Shown here: positions 19,748 through 28,942 of the stretch, piece by piece
How positions within the stretch are numbered: the first letter of the stretch is position 1
How the letters are laid out: each line of letters starts with the position of its first letter
Translations under genes and position numbers: made by a program
Source of the DNA: Candidatus Uhrbacteria bacterium
GTDB lineage: Bacteria > Patescibacteriota > Patescibacteriia > UBA9934
DNA length: 64,000 bases
Assembly: GCA_018673485.1 (NCBI GenBank)
Contig: JABHCP010000005.1
Span: 64,102 to 128,101, forward strand
Reading direction: 5' to 3'
Notes under the pieces: model-generated
Told to the model about the DNA's origin: nothing
Databases searched by the model: none
What the model saw: only the letters and a program-made list of their open reading frames with translations

Positions 19748-20248
19748 GTGTGTTCACATCAGAAACCAGAGGAGAGATTCTTGGCACTTATCGAAGTCGT
19801 TATCAAGACCCGCGTGGCTATCAGCTCCAAGCGAGCAGACTCCATCCGTCGTGGCCTACTCCACATCCTGTGCATGCGTACTGAGGGCCGTATTCGGCAA
19901 AGCCTCAGTGACATGCCTGATGAGCGGGTTCTGCGCGTGCGCTTCTTCAGACGCGACGCTATGCGCGTCACGGTCACTCAGACCGAACCTATCTTGGGGG
20001 ACCGCTGGCTGGTTACCAAGGACGGGCTGGTCGACGAGATCGATCGCTTCTTCCGTAGCGTGATCAACAGCGACCTGCACATGGTCTCTCAGTTCTCGGC
20101 GCAGTGGATCTTCAAGGGCGAAGGCGCATCTGACGACTCCGAGGAGGTCACTGAGCCGTCGATCGATACACCGATCTCCATTGGTGGTCGTCAGGCTTTC
20201 CGCAGGCGCATGGTCGGTGCATACAGCCGTCTGGGCAGTGAGGTTTAG
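19748..20248 (+). CDS. hypothetical protein, high-GC cassette
   Basis: Consistent high-GC coding frame; the true start may be the internal TTG near 19775 after aggagag. Confidence 0.45.
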   Translation: MCSHQKPEERFLALIEVVIKTRVAISSKRADSIRRGLLHILCMRTEGRIRQSLSDMPDERVLRVRFFRRDAMRVTVTQTEPILGDRWLVTKDGLVDEIDRFFRSVINSDLHMVSQFSAQWIFKGEGASDDSEEVTEPSIDTPISIGGRQAFRRRMVGAYSRLGSEV

Positions 20249-20251
20249 CCT

Positions 20252-20593
20252 ATGGTGGGGGAAGATACTCAAGTGCCCGTTTTCACTATCGAAGTTGCCG
20301 CTGCTAGAACAGGAGGCTCTGTAGAGCTACGCCTGGCTCTGATCGCGGTGATACGTGAAGAAGGTGGCTACCCAACTGATATCTGGACCAATGAGATGCT
20401 TTTGTCGCTTTTCTACAGGCGAAGGAAGGGGGTAAGACCTACTGCGGAGATTCGTCAGAACTACCGCCCAGGTGACATCTGGCTTGTAGGATTTGACGAT
20501 TCGACCCTGCTTGAGCTCATGCTCAAGCAGGTGTTGCAGGAGCGCCTCGACATTGGACCGACGTACATTTCCGTTAAGTGTGGGCGCAATTAG
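20252..20593 (+). CDS. hypothetical protein, high-GC cassette; start overlaps the previous stop
   Basis: Coding frame; terminator gccgacctccgggtcggcttt follows. Confidence 0.45.
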   Translation: MVGEDTQVPVFTIEVAAARTGGSVELRLALIAVIREEGGYPTDIWTNEMLLSLFYRRRKGVRPTAEIRQNYRPGDIWLVGFDDSTLLELMLKQVLQERLDIGPTYISVKCGRN

Positions 20594-20753
20594 CTCATAC
20601 ACTTACCGTTCTTGGCCGACCTCCGGGTCGGCTTTCGTGCATCTATTGACCTATTTGCTAATTTAAGCTACACTTCCGACATCAAAAAATTATTGATAAT
20701 GCGTCGCCAGCCGAAGCTTTATGCGAAGGTTGGGCGCGTTAATTACAGCAAAT

Positions 20754-21008
20754 ATGTCAGTACCAAAAAAGAGAAAATCTAGTTCAAGTGTTCGACGACG
20801 TCGATCACATCATGCGCTTAGCGCAACGAACGTACAGACGTGCCCGAATTGTAAGGCTCCAGCACTTTCGCACATCACGTGTAAGGAATGTGGACAGTAC
20901 AATGGACGTCAGGTTGTAGGTGGAATGGAAAAGGTAGAAAAGACTCTTGAAAAGAAGGTCGCCAAAAAGCCAGCCAAGCCCGCAGCAAGTAAAGAAGAAA
21001 AGAAGTAA
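20754..21008 (+). CDS. rpmF: 50S ribosomal protein L32 with a Lys-rich C-terminal extension
   Basis: MSVPKKRKSSSS..RRSHHAL plus CPNC..C.ECG zinc ribbon. Confidence 0.85.
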   Translation: MSVPKKRKSSSSVRRRRSHHALSATNVQTCPNCKAPALSHITCKECGQYNGRQVVGGMEKVEKTLEKKVAKKPAKPAASKEEKK

Positions 21009-21112
21009 GCAGAGGAAATCCTCTGCTTTTTCGATTAGCTTGAGTCTTCCTTGATCAATCGGTATACTGTGGAAGTAGAAAGCTCAAAGCATTTAAACTT
21101 ATATATTTTATT

Positions 21113-21646
21113 ATGTCCAACAGACATTTGGCACGAACCACGGTAATGCAGTGTTTATTCGAATGGGACTTTCAAGGGCAGGATTCAAAAAGGCTTGATG
21201 AGGTTATTGAATATATCAAGAATGAGTTTGCACCTGATTTTGATGATGAAGGATATATCGCAGGTCAGGCACATAACGTAATTAATAACGTTGATAAGGT
21301 CGACGCCTTGCTCGAAGAATTCGCGCCAGAATGGCCAGTCTCTGAAATGACAAATACAGATCGTAATATTTTACGTCTGGGAGTTTATGAGTTGATGTTC
21401 GATCAAGATATTCCTGCCAAGGTTGCAATCAACGAAGCAATTGAGCTTGGTAAGGCATTTGGAGGTGATGCATCTGGAAAGTTTGTAAACGGAGTGCTTG
21501 GCGCGATGTTTAGAGATATGGTTGCAAAAGGAAAGACAAAGAATGTCGACAAAGAAACGTCACCCGATCCAGTGTCAGGATCAAAGCCGAAGTCAGAACC
21601 CAGAATTCAGACTTCAGAACCCGATAAAGAAGAAAACGAAAATTAA
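21113..21646 (+). CDS. nusB: transcription antitermination factor NusB-like
   Basis: N-terminal ARxxVMQCLFEWDF motif. Confidence 0.75.
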   Translation: MSNRHLARTTVMQCLFEWDFQGQDSKRLDEVIEYIKNEFAPDFDDEGYIAGQAHNVINNVDKVDALLEEFAPEWPVSEMTNTDRNILRLGVYELMFDQDIPAKVAINEAIELGKAFGGDASGKFVNGVLGAMFRDMVAKGKTKNVDKETSPDPVSGSKPKSEPRIQTSEPDKEENEN

Positions 21647-21651
21647 TATTT

Positions 21652-22347
21652 ATGAGTGAAAAAGACATAGAAGGCTTTGCTAAGTCGATCGGTATCGAGT
21701 ACCTAGAGGATGGTCATCTTAAGCAGGCACTAGTGCACCGGTCATATTTAAATGAACATGCAGATTTTCCATTGGGTCACAATGAGCGACTTGAGTTTTT
21801 GGGTGACGCTGTGCTCGAGTTGGTTGTCACTGAATATTTATTTCAGAATTTTGATGAACCGGAGGGTGAGCTGACTAATTATCGCGCAGCTTTGGTTAAC
21901 GGACATAACCTAGCTAAGGTAGCGCGTACAATCGATATCGAAGATCAGCTTTACTTGTCTAAGGGTGAAGCACAGGACAAAAATGAAAAGTCACGGAACT
22001 ACATTTTGGCAAACTCAATGGAATCCATCATTGGTGCTATTTATTTAGACTTTGGATGGGATGAAGTGAAACGATTTATCACCGACGTTGTAATTTCCAC
22101 CTTGCCAGAGATTTTGGAGAAAAAACTCTATATTGATCCAAAGAGTAGGTTTCAGGAAGAGTCGCAAGCTCGCATGTCTATTACACCAAGTTACAAAGTC
22201 CTGGAGGAGTCAGGACCGGATCATAAAAAGCTATTTAGAATTGGGGCATATCTTGGAAAGGAGTTGGTAGCCGAGGGAGCAGGAACTTCAAAGCAAGAAG
22301 CTCAAATCGACGCCGCTGCCAATTCACTTGAGGCTAAGAAGTGGTGA
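21652..22347 (+). CDS. rnc: ribonuclease III
   Basis: Signature ERLEFLGDAVLELVVTEYLF; C-terminal dsRBD. Confidence 0.9.
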   Translation: MSEKDIEGFAKSIGIEYLEDGHLKQALVHRSYLNEHADFPLGHNERLEFLGDAVLELVVTEYLFQNFDEPEGELTNYRAALVNGHNLAKVARTIDIEDQLYLSKGEAQDKNEKSRNYILANSMESIIGAIYLDFGWDEVKRFITDVVISTLPEILEKKLYIDPKSRFQEESQARMSITPSYKVLEESGPDHKKLFRIGAYLGKELVAEGAGTSKQEAQIDAAANSLEAKKW

Positions 22348-22456
22348 AATGATCAATTAAGAAAAACACGCCTGTAGGTGTGTTTTTTTGTTTGAAACCA
22401 TTGACAAAATCGGTATTTTGTGCTATTTTATTATTATAATAATCTAATATAACTAT

Positions 22457-23167
22457 ATGTTTGAACTTCACCTAGGAGAAAATCTCCAAGTATCTTCCGA
22501 GAAATTCAAGGAAGGTTTTTTTGTTACAGGAAACCCAGGGCAGGGTAAAACAGTTTTCCTTGTTCAACTTGCTTTAGAACTTATCAAAAATGGTCAAAAG
22601 GGTTTATTAATAGACCCATATGGTGATCTAGCAAAGACCGTTGAAGATCATATTAAAACTGAGCAAGCAAAGAAAGGAGTTGAGTTTATTTCACTTGATA
22701 TCGAGGGCTATGATTTGGCTGCAAAATTGCAAGATAAATTTGTGATTGTGTCTGGAAAATATTTTGACGATGGTCATAGGATGACAGCGAAAAAGATTCA
22801 GAGATTTGTTACGAAATATTATAAGCAGGCAAAAGATGATCAATGGCTTATTATCGATGAAGCTTTGAGTTGTGTGAATGATGAAATCTTTGAGTTATAT
22901 CTAGCTAGCGCTTCAAAGAATATTCATTACGTATTTTCTGGTATAGATTTTCTTCAACTTTCCAAAAAGGAACGTGCTGAGTTCGCCAATGTAGTGCAGA
23001 ACTATGTTATCTACAAGACTAGGAATATGGATGCGGTACTATTGTCACGAGAACGCGGGGAGTTAGACCCAAAGAAAATAAAAGCAATAGAACAGTATCA
23101 TTTTCAGGCCTTGATTGATGGAGGAATGAAGTATACAAAGGGACTACATCCACTTGGAGAGATATAA
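22457..23167 (+). CDS. P-loop NTPase of unknown function (Walker A GNPGQGKT, Walker B LIIDEA)
   Basis: Motifs only. Confidence 0.55.
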   Translation: MFELHLGENLQVSSEKFKEGFFVTGNPGQGKTVFLVQLALELIKNGQKGLLIDPYGDLAKTVEDHIKTEQAKKGVEFISLDIEGYDLAAKLQDKFVIVSGKYFDDGHRMTAKKIQRFVTKYYKQAKDDQWLIIDEALSCVNDEIFELYLASASKNIHYVFSGIDFLQLSKKERAEFANVVQNYVIYKTRNMDAVLLSRERGELDPKKIKAIEQYHFQALIDGGMKYTKGLHPLGEI

Positions 23168-23208
23168 AATAGACAAACAAAAAATCGCAGGTAAAACCTA
23201 CGATTTTT

Positions 23209-23285
23209 TGGTACACCGGGTGGGATTCGAACCCACGACCCACTGATTAAGAGTCAGTTGCTCTAACCAACTGAGCTACCGGTGC
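23209..23285 (-). tRNA. tRNA-Lys (anticodon CTT), CCA encoded
   Basis: Cloverleaf by eye: acceptor GCACCGG / CCGGTGT, D-arm TAGCTCAGTTGGTTAGAGC, anticodon loop CUCUUAA, T-arm GTGGGTTCGAATCCCAC. Confidence 0.8.
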
Positions 23286-23286
23286 C

Positions 23287-23363
23287 TGGTACGGCGTGAG
23301 GGGTTCGAACCCCCGACCTCCTGGTCCGAAGCCAGGCGCTCTATCCAGCTGAGCTAACGCCGC
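23287..23363 (-). tRNA. tRNA-Arg (anticodon TCG), CCA encoded
   Basis: Acceptor GCGGCGT / ACGCCGT, anticodon loop CUUCGGA, T-arm GGGGGTTCGAACCCCTC. Confidence 0.8.
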
Positions 23364-23520
23364 ATTGTATGGATAGCGTTAGCGAAGCTGGATAGATTTC
23401 CAGCTGCCTGTCCGCCGTAGCTCTGGAAGAGCGAAGGTGGAAGCTAACGCCGCATTGTTTGGATAACGTTAGCTAAGGTGTAGCTAACGTCGCATTGCAG
23501 CGAAATAATACGCTATTTTA
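23364..23520. repeat. three partial copies of the tRNA-Arg 5' acceptor/D-arm segment (aatgcg[g/a]cgttagct) upstream of the tRNA, forming hairpins
   Basis: gctaacgccgcattgt[a/t]tggata[g/a]cgttagc repeated twice, plus gtagctaacgtcgcattgcagcg. Confidence 0.5.
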
Positions 23521-23610
23521 TAGAAAAGGTCAACCCGTATTAGTGCGTGCAGATCTCGTACCTTGACACATGACTGCTTTCGAGTTAATCTGCTATACTT
23601 ATCAAAAGTT

Positions 23611-23808
23611 ATGTCAATGATATTATTTGTAGGAATTGTTTTAACAGTAGTGCCGGCAACCCTAATACTTGGGTTTGCTCTTGTTATTTTCTTTTCTTTT
23701 GCACGCGATGACAGTGTCGCGCAAGCTGCAGTTAACTTGGCACTTATAATTTTGTTTATTGGCTTGATGCTTATCGGTGGTCACTTCTTGGGTGGATATA
23801 TGGGCTAG
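23611..23808 (+). CDS. small membrane protein (66 aa)
   Basis: Two TM helices; no Shine-Dalgarno; weak. Confidence 0.3.
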   Translation: MSMILFVGIVLTVVPATLILGFALVIFFSFARDDSVAQAAVNLALIILFIGLMLIGGHFLGGYMG

Positions 23809-23857
23809 ATTTGCTCTACTACCTACCACCTACTATCTATACTATAATAAGAGGCGT

Positions 23858-24910
23858 ATGAAACGCCTACTTATTTTTACTTTTTCGATTTTACTGATTG
23901 CCCCGAGTTTTGCTTTTGCTCAGGAGACTCAAGACGTAAGAGCGACGGTCACCAATATCGTTCAAGAGCAAACTATTGATGGTCAGCAGTTGATTATATT
24001 TGAAGCTATCGATCAAGATGGTGAGAGTTATCGTGTCGATACAGCACAGGGGTACACTAAGGGGTTTGAATATCGAATAGATGAAGGCTCAAAAGTAACA
24101 CTACAGGTTATAAATAATGTTGATGGAACGCAGACGGTATTTTTAGCTGACATTATTCGCACACAGTATTTATTTTGGATGATTGGGCTTTTCGCATTGA
24201 TTACGATTATTGTAGGTATGAAACGCGGAGCGTTAGCACTTGTTGGATTATCAATTACTTTAGCGGTTTTATTTTTGTGGATCATGCCGCGTATTATCGC
24301 GGGTGGCGATCCGGTTCTTACAGTGATCCTGGGTGGAGCATTTATCATGTTGGTGAATATGCACCTAGTTCATGGATTTAAGAAAAAAACTTTTGTAGCC
24401 TTTGGTGGTATTATCGTTGGTTTGGGATTAGTGGCAGGACTCGCTGCGCTTTTCTCTTATTTTACTCAGCTCACAGGTTTGGCACACGAGGACGCGAGTT
24501 TTCTTTTCTTCCAGATGCCCGAGGTGATTGTGCCAAAAGGTGTATTGCTCGCCGGTATGATCTTGGGTGCTTTGGGAGTGCTTGATGATATTGCTATAAC
24601 TCAGCAAGAGGCAGTCTCTGAATTGATTGAGGCAAACGATGAATTAGACAGAAAAGAATTATTTAAGCGTGCCATGCGAATTGGACGTCATCACATTGCG
24701 TCGATGGTAAACACACTTGTGCTTGCCTATGCTGGTGCAGCGCTACCACTGTTTTTATTGTTTTATATAACCGGTTCAGTTGATTGGACAGGGTTTATAA
24801 ATACGGAAGTTGTGGCAGAAGAGATAATACGAACAATCGCCGGTACAACAGGGCTCGTCCTGCTAGTTCCGATCTCAACTTGGTTTGCGGTTTTGGCTCA
24901 GAAAAGGTAA
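23858..24910 (+). CDS. YibE/F-like integral membrane protein with an N-terminal signal peptide and extracellular domain
   Basis: Signal peptide MKRLLIFTFSILLIAPSFAFA, several TM helices, GVLDDIAITQ motif. Confidence 0.55.
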   Translation: MKRLLIFTFSILLIAPSFAFAQETQDVRATVTNIVQEQTIDGQQLIIFEAIDQDGESYRVDTAQGYTKGFEYRIDEGSKVTLQVINNVDGTQTVFLADIIRTQYLFWMIGLFALITIIVGMKRGALALVGLSITLAVLFLWIMPRIIAGGDPVLTVILGGAFIMLVNMHLVHGFKKKTFVAFGGIIVGLGLVAGLAALFSYFTQLTGLAHEDASFLFFQMPEVIVPKGVLLAGMILGALGVLDDIAITQQEAVSELIEANDELDRKELFKRAMRIGRHHIASMVNTLVLAYAGAALPLFLLFYITGSVDWTGFINTEVVAEEIIRTIAGTTGLVLLVPISTWFAVLAQKR

Positions 24911-24922
24911 TATTTTCAAAGT

Positions 24923-26194
24923 ATGAAACAATCAAAATTATTTACAAAGACCTCTAAGCAGGTTCCAGCAGACGCGGACAGCGCGAATGCAAAATTTTTA
25001 GTTCAAGCCGGATTTGTCGATCAAGTCATGGCAGGAGTTTACACATATTTGCCGCTTGGTCTTCGAACTTTGCAGAAGATCCAAAATATTGTTCGTGAAG
25101 AGATGAATGATATTGGTGGGCAAGAAATCTACATGCCAGCACTTGCTCCAAAAGAGAATTGGCAAGCAACTGGTCGTTGGGACGATCTTGATGTTTTGTT
25201 TAAACTTGATGGTGCGGGGGATAAGGAGTACGCGCTTGGTGCAACTCATGAAGAGATCGTTACACCACTTGCCAAAAAGTTTGCGCGTTCGTATAAAGAT
25301 TTTCCATTCGCTGTTTATCAAATTCAGGATAAGTTTAGAAATGAGTTGCGTTGCAAGTCAGGAATCTTGAGAGGACGCGAGTTTAACATGAAGGATTTGT
25401 ACAGTTTCCATACATCAGTTGAAGATATGGAAGCGTATTATCAAAAGGCACTCGAGGCGTATAAGAATGTATTCGTAAGATGTGGAATTAATGCGCTTGT
25501 AACTGAAGCCTCCGGTGGATCATTTTCAAAATGGAGCCACGAGTTCCAGATGCCGACCGAAAGCGGGGAGGATACAATCTACGTGAATGAGGCAGGAGAC
25601 TATGCGTGGAATAATGAATTGTTCCCAGATATGAAAGATGGTGATGACGCGCCTGATAAATCTGGAAAGGTCAAAGAGATAAAAGCAATCGAGGTTGGAA
25701 ATATTTTCCCGCTAAAGACAAAGTACTCAGAGGCTTTTAAATACAACTATATTGATGAAAATGGAGAAGAGAAGCCTGTGATGATGGGCTGCTACGGAAT
25801 CGGACCCTCAAGAACTATGGGAGCGATAGTAGAAGCAAATCATGACGATAAAGGAATGATCTGGCCAAAGAGTGTGGCGCCATTTGCTGTTCATCTTGTT
25901 TCTCTTGGTTCAAAAGACGAGACCATTCAAGATCGAATTGATACAGTTTCTGAAGCAGTGTATACCGATCTTCAAAAGGCTGGCATCGAGGTATTGTGGA
26001 ACGATCGAACCGATCAATCATTCGGAGAAAAGTTCGCAGACGCTGACCTCATTGGCTTACCACTTCGATTGGTAGTATCAGAAAAAACACTCGCAGAGGA
26101 CTCAATCGAGTGGAAAGAGCGAGCGTCCACTGACATGCGACTAGTAAAAATCCAAAGCGCCGTTGAAGAGGTTGCGAGTTGGGTGAAGGAATAA
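24923..26194 (+). CDS. proS: prolyl-tRNA synthetase, short bacterial form lacking the editing insertion
   Basis: Class II motifs, anticodon-binding C-terminal domain; 423 aa. Confidence 0.9.
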   Translation: MKQSKLFTKTSKQVPADADSANAKFLVQAGFVDQVMAGVYTYLPLGLRTLQKIQNIVREEMNDIGGQEIYMPALAPKENWQATGRWDDLDVLFKLDGAGDKEYALGATHEEIVTPLAKKFARSYKDFPFAVYQIQDKFRNELRCKSGILRGREFNMKDLYSFHTSVEDMEAYYQKALEAYKNVFVRCGINALVTEASGGSFSKWSHEFQMPTESGEDTIYVNEAGDYAWNNELFPDMKDGDDAPDKSGKVKEIKAIEVGNIFPLKTKYSEAFKYNYIDENGEEKPVMMGCYGIGPSRTMGAIVEANHDDKGMIWPKSVAPFAVHLVSLGSKDETIQDRIDTVSEAVYTDLQKAGIEVLWNDRTDQSFGEKFADADLIGLPLRLVVSEKTLAEDSIEWKERASTDMRLVKIQSAVEEVASWVKE

Positions 26195-26268
26195 TTCTAC
26201 TACAGCAAAACGAAAATATTGATTATATTATAGCGATCAATTTCATAACAAACGATAATAAAAGTTTT

Positions 26269-26880
26269 ATGCCAGAGATTGAAGTGAGTGAAATGCATCC
26301 TTATGCAGAGATAGATTTCTCAGGGGTCGAGGGAGAGTTAGATAATGTACAAAGAGACGAAGAGAAAGGAGTTTATACTGGTGAGTTTTCTGTGGGTGAT
26401 AACGCGATAACTATTGAGTTTACTAAAACAGATAAGGGCTGGGATGTGGTGATGACCGACTCAAATCCTGTAAAGAAGCTTGGAGGAGGCAGGGTTTCTC
26501 GAGGGGCAAAAAACTTAAAACTTGAATTGAAGGAAGCGCGTGAGCATGTAGAATGGTGTTTATCTGAAATGGAGCGACTAAATCCAAATATTGAGCAACT
26601 CAAGCAAGCGTTCGGTGAGTTTGGAGAAGTAGAAGAGTTCAAGTCAGAAGATGAGGATGGTAAAGCTCCAGGTTATGTAAATACAAAATATGAGGGAGCT
26701 ATAAATATTGATGGTGAAGCATACACTGTTCGTGCATTCGTTGATCGCGCCGCAGGAACAGCGCAATATCCAAGTATTTCACCATGGACAGTTAGATTGT
26801 TCGGCACAGATCGATCAGTTTCAAGAGCAGAAGGACAATCAATTCAAGAGGCAATGTCTAAGTTAGTAAAGAGTAGTTAA
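26269..26880 (+). CDS. hypothetical protein
   Basis: ORF with native codon usage; no motif recognised. Confidence 0.4.
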   Translation: MPEIEVSEMHPYAEIDFSGVEGELDNVQRDEEKGVYTGEFSVGDNAITIEFTKTDKGWDVVMTDSNPVKKLGGGRVSRGAKNLKLELKEAREHVEWCLSEMERLNPNIEQLKQAFGEFGEVEEFKSEDEDGKAPGYVNTKYEGAINIDGEAYTVRAFVDRAAGTAQYPSISPWTVRLFGTDRSVSRAEGQSIQEAMSKLVKSS

Positions 26881-27171
26881 ATATAGATATATTTGCAGTT
26901 CGAAACAAAAGAACCAGTCCACAGGCTGGTTCTTGACAAATGCATAAAAACACTGTAGATTTATAAAGTTATGGAATATCTAACCCGAAATATGACTAAG
27001 TTCGTCATCCCTACATCTCTCGATTGTGGGCGGAACTTTTGTTTGCCGGGTTTAATATGCGTTTAATGAATTAGAATACTGATTTTACATTTTGAGCGTA
27101 AGAATAACCCGGTAACCGCCGGGTTATTCTAATTCACCGTCTGATCTAATCAGACATAGCAGGAGGCGAAT

Positions 27172-28344
27172 ATGCGCTCAACAAAAGCGTTCTACATCTT
27201 CACGTTTCTCACCAGACTGGGAATGGGATCGATTTGTTCGGTCTACGTTCTCTATCTCTTGGATTTGGGATTGAGCTACAGTCAAGTAACTCTTGTTAAC
27301 GCATTGTTCTTTGTCTTTTTGATCTTGTTCGAGCTTCCAACTGGCATGCTCGCTGACGGTCGCGGTCGAGGGTATTCCGTAATAGGAGGAGCGCTCTTTA
27401 CAGCCCTTTCGGGTGCCGCGTACTGGCTAGCTGACGGACTTTGGATGGCAATCGTTGCAGAAGCACTTTGTGCCGTAGGTTCAGCATTCTTTACTGGAGC
27501 CTTGACGGCCTGGATAGCTGATGCGCCTGATCGAAAGATCTCACTGCAAAAGGTTTATGCAAATAGAACAATCATGGATGGCGCTGGAATGACGATTGGT
27601 ACATTGTTTGGAGTGTACATTGCAACTTGGTCAGATCGAGCGGATGCGTTCCTGTTCTTCATGGCTTGGTACTTCGTTGCCATGATCTTTGCCGGGATCT
27701 TCATGAGAGGCAAAGAGCCTGAACATACCCTTAGTGAGTTCGAGGCACTCAAACATGCAACAGATCATCTGAAAGGATCGGTTTCAATGCGCTGGGCACT
27801 TGGTGTCGAGTTGGTTACCGGGTTTTTTGGTGCTTACAACTTGTTTTGGGCGCCACTTATGATCACGCAGTTCTCACAGGTGGAGCTTGGATGGATTTGG
27901 ATCCTCATGTACGCCGTGTGTATTATTGCGGGATTGATTGTTCGCAAGCAGAGCGAAGACGAAGAGTCTGCACGTAACCATCTTGCAACAAGGACCGTTA
28001 AAGCACTTGTTTTGGTAGCAGTAGCGATGGCATTTATTTGGACAACTGGAAGCGGATTTGTCTGGATTGCCATGATCGCAGTTCACGAGTTTGGTCGTGG
28101 CTTGGTCACACCATATCTTGAGACCTACGTTCAGCAGCGTGTTGATACATCGTACCGTGCAACCTACGGATCCTTACAGTCCTTCCTTGGACTATTTGGA
28201 CTTGTAGCTGTGCAACTTACGTTAACTGGAGTTTTCAAGTTTGTTGGATCTGATATATCCATAATTCCTTGGCTCTGGTTAGTGACAAGTTGTTTGATGC
28301 TTGTTGCTTGTGCTGCGCTCTACAAATTCAGACCGAAGATGTAA
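27172..28344 (+). CDS. major facilitator superfamily transporter (intermediate GC, about 50%)
   Basis: 12 TM helices; MLADGRGRG motif A-like loop. Confidence 0.75.
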   Translation: MRSTKAFYIFTFLTRLGMGSICSVYVLYLLDLGLSYSQVTLVNALFFVFLILFELPTGMLADGRGRGYSVIGGALFTALSGAAYWLADGLWMAIVAEALCAVGSAFFTGALTAWIADAPDRKISLQKVYANRTIMDGAGMTIGTLFGVYIATWSDRADAFLFFMAWYFVAMIFAGIFMRGKEPEHTLSEFEALKHATDHLKGSVSMRWALGVELVTGFFGAYNLFWAPLMITQFSQVELGWIWILMYAVCIIAGLIVRKQSEDEESARNHLATRTVKALVLVAVAMAFIWTTGSGFVWIAMIAVHEFGRGLVTPYLETYVQQRVDTSYRATYGSLQSFLGLFGLVAVQLTLTGVFKFVGSDISIIPWLWLVTSCLMLVACAALYKFRPKM

Positions 28345-28388
28345 CCGTAAACCCCGTTGATAAGTTCAGCGGGGTTTGAGCTATAAAG

Positions 28389-28430
28389 AATGTTTCACAT
28401 AAGCGACGATCGTCGCTTATGTGAAACATT
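28389..28430. repeat. 42-nt perfect palindrome aatgtttcacataagCGACGATCGTCGcttatgtgaaacatt between two terminators
   Basis: Related copy at 46164..46201 with compensatory changes in the middle arm. Confidence 0.7.
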
Positions 28431-28509
28431 TAGAGATTGAAAAACCGACCCACGTGGGGCCGATTCTTTTTATATTTATTTTAACTCTACCCCTCGACGG
28501 GCTCGGGAC

Positions 28510-28875
28510 CTACGCCGTAGGCTCGGCTGGAGTGTCAACTGGCGCATCGTTAACTGGCGCTGGTTCTGTGGCTGGCGCGGGAGTTGAGCTTGCCATACTT
28601 GCTTTCAGATCGTCTTTCAATCGTTTTCCTGCTTTGAATTTTGGAACCTTTACTGCAGGAACGTCGATCATTTCATTTGGCTTGCGGGGGTTTACACCTT
28701 TACGCGCATGTCGAACGCGAGATGAGAATGTTCCGAAACCAGCGATTGTTACCTCTTCATCACGTTTTAGTGCCTCGATTACAACTTCTTGAAATGTTGC
28801 AATGAAATCTTCTGCGTTCTTTTTTGGAAGGTCTAGCCGTTCTGAAATTTTAAGAGCAAGTGTAGCTTTGTTCAT
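28510..28875 (-). CDS. hup: HU/IHF-family DNA-binding protein with a Pro/Ala-rich C-terminal extension
   Basis: N-terminal MNKATLALKISE...; beta-arm RNPRT-like GVNPRKPNE. Confidence 0.85.
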   Translation of the reverse strand: MNKATLALKISERLDLPKKNAEDFIATFQEVVIEALKRDEEVTIAGFGTFSSRVRHARKGVNPRKPNEMIDVPAVKVPKFKAGKRLKDDLKASMASSTPAPATEPAPVNDAPVDTPAEPTA

Positions 28876-28942
28876 AGTTGATCTTTATAACTTGATTACG
28901 TTGGATATGATACCAAGATTGGCGATTTTCAGCAACCCCTTG

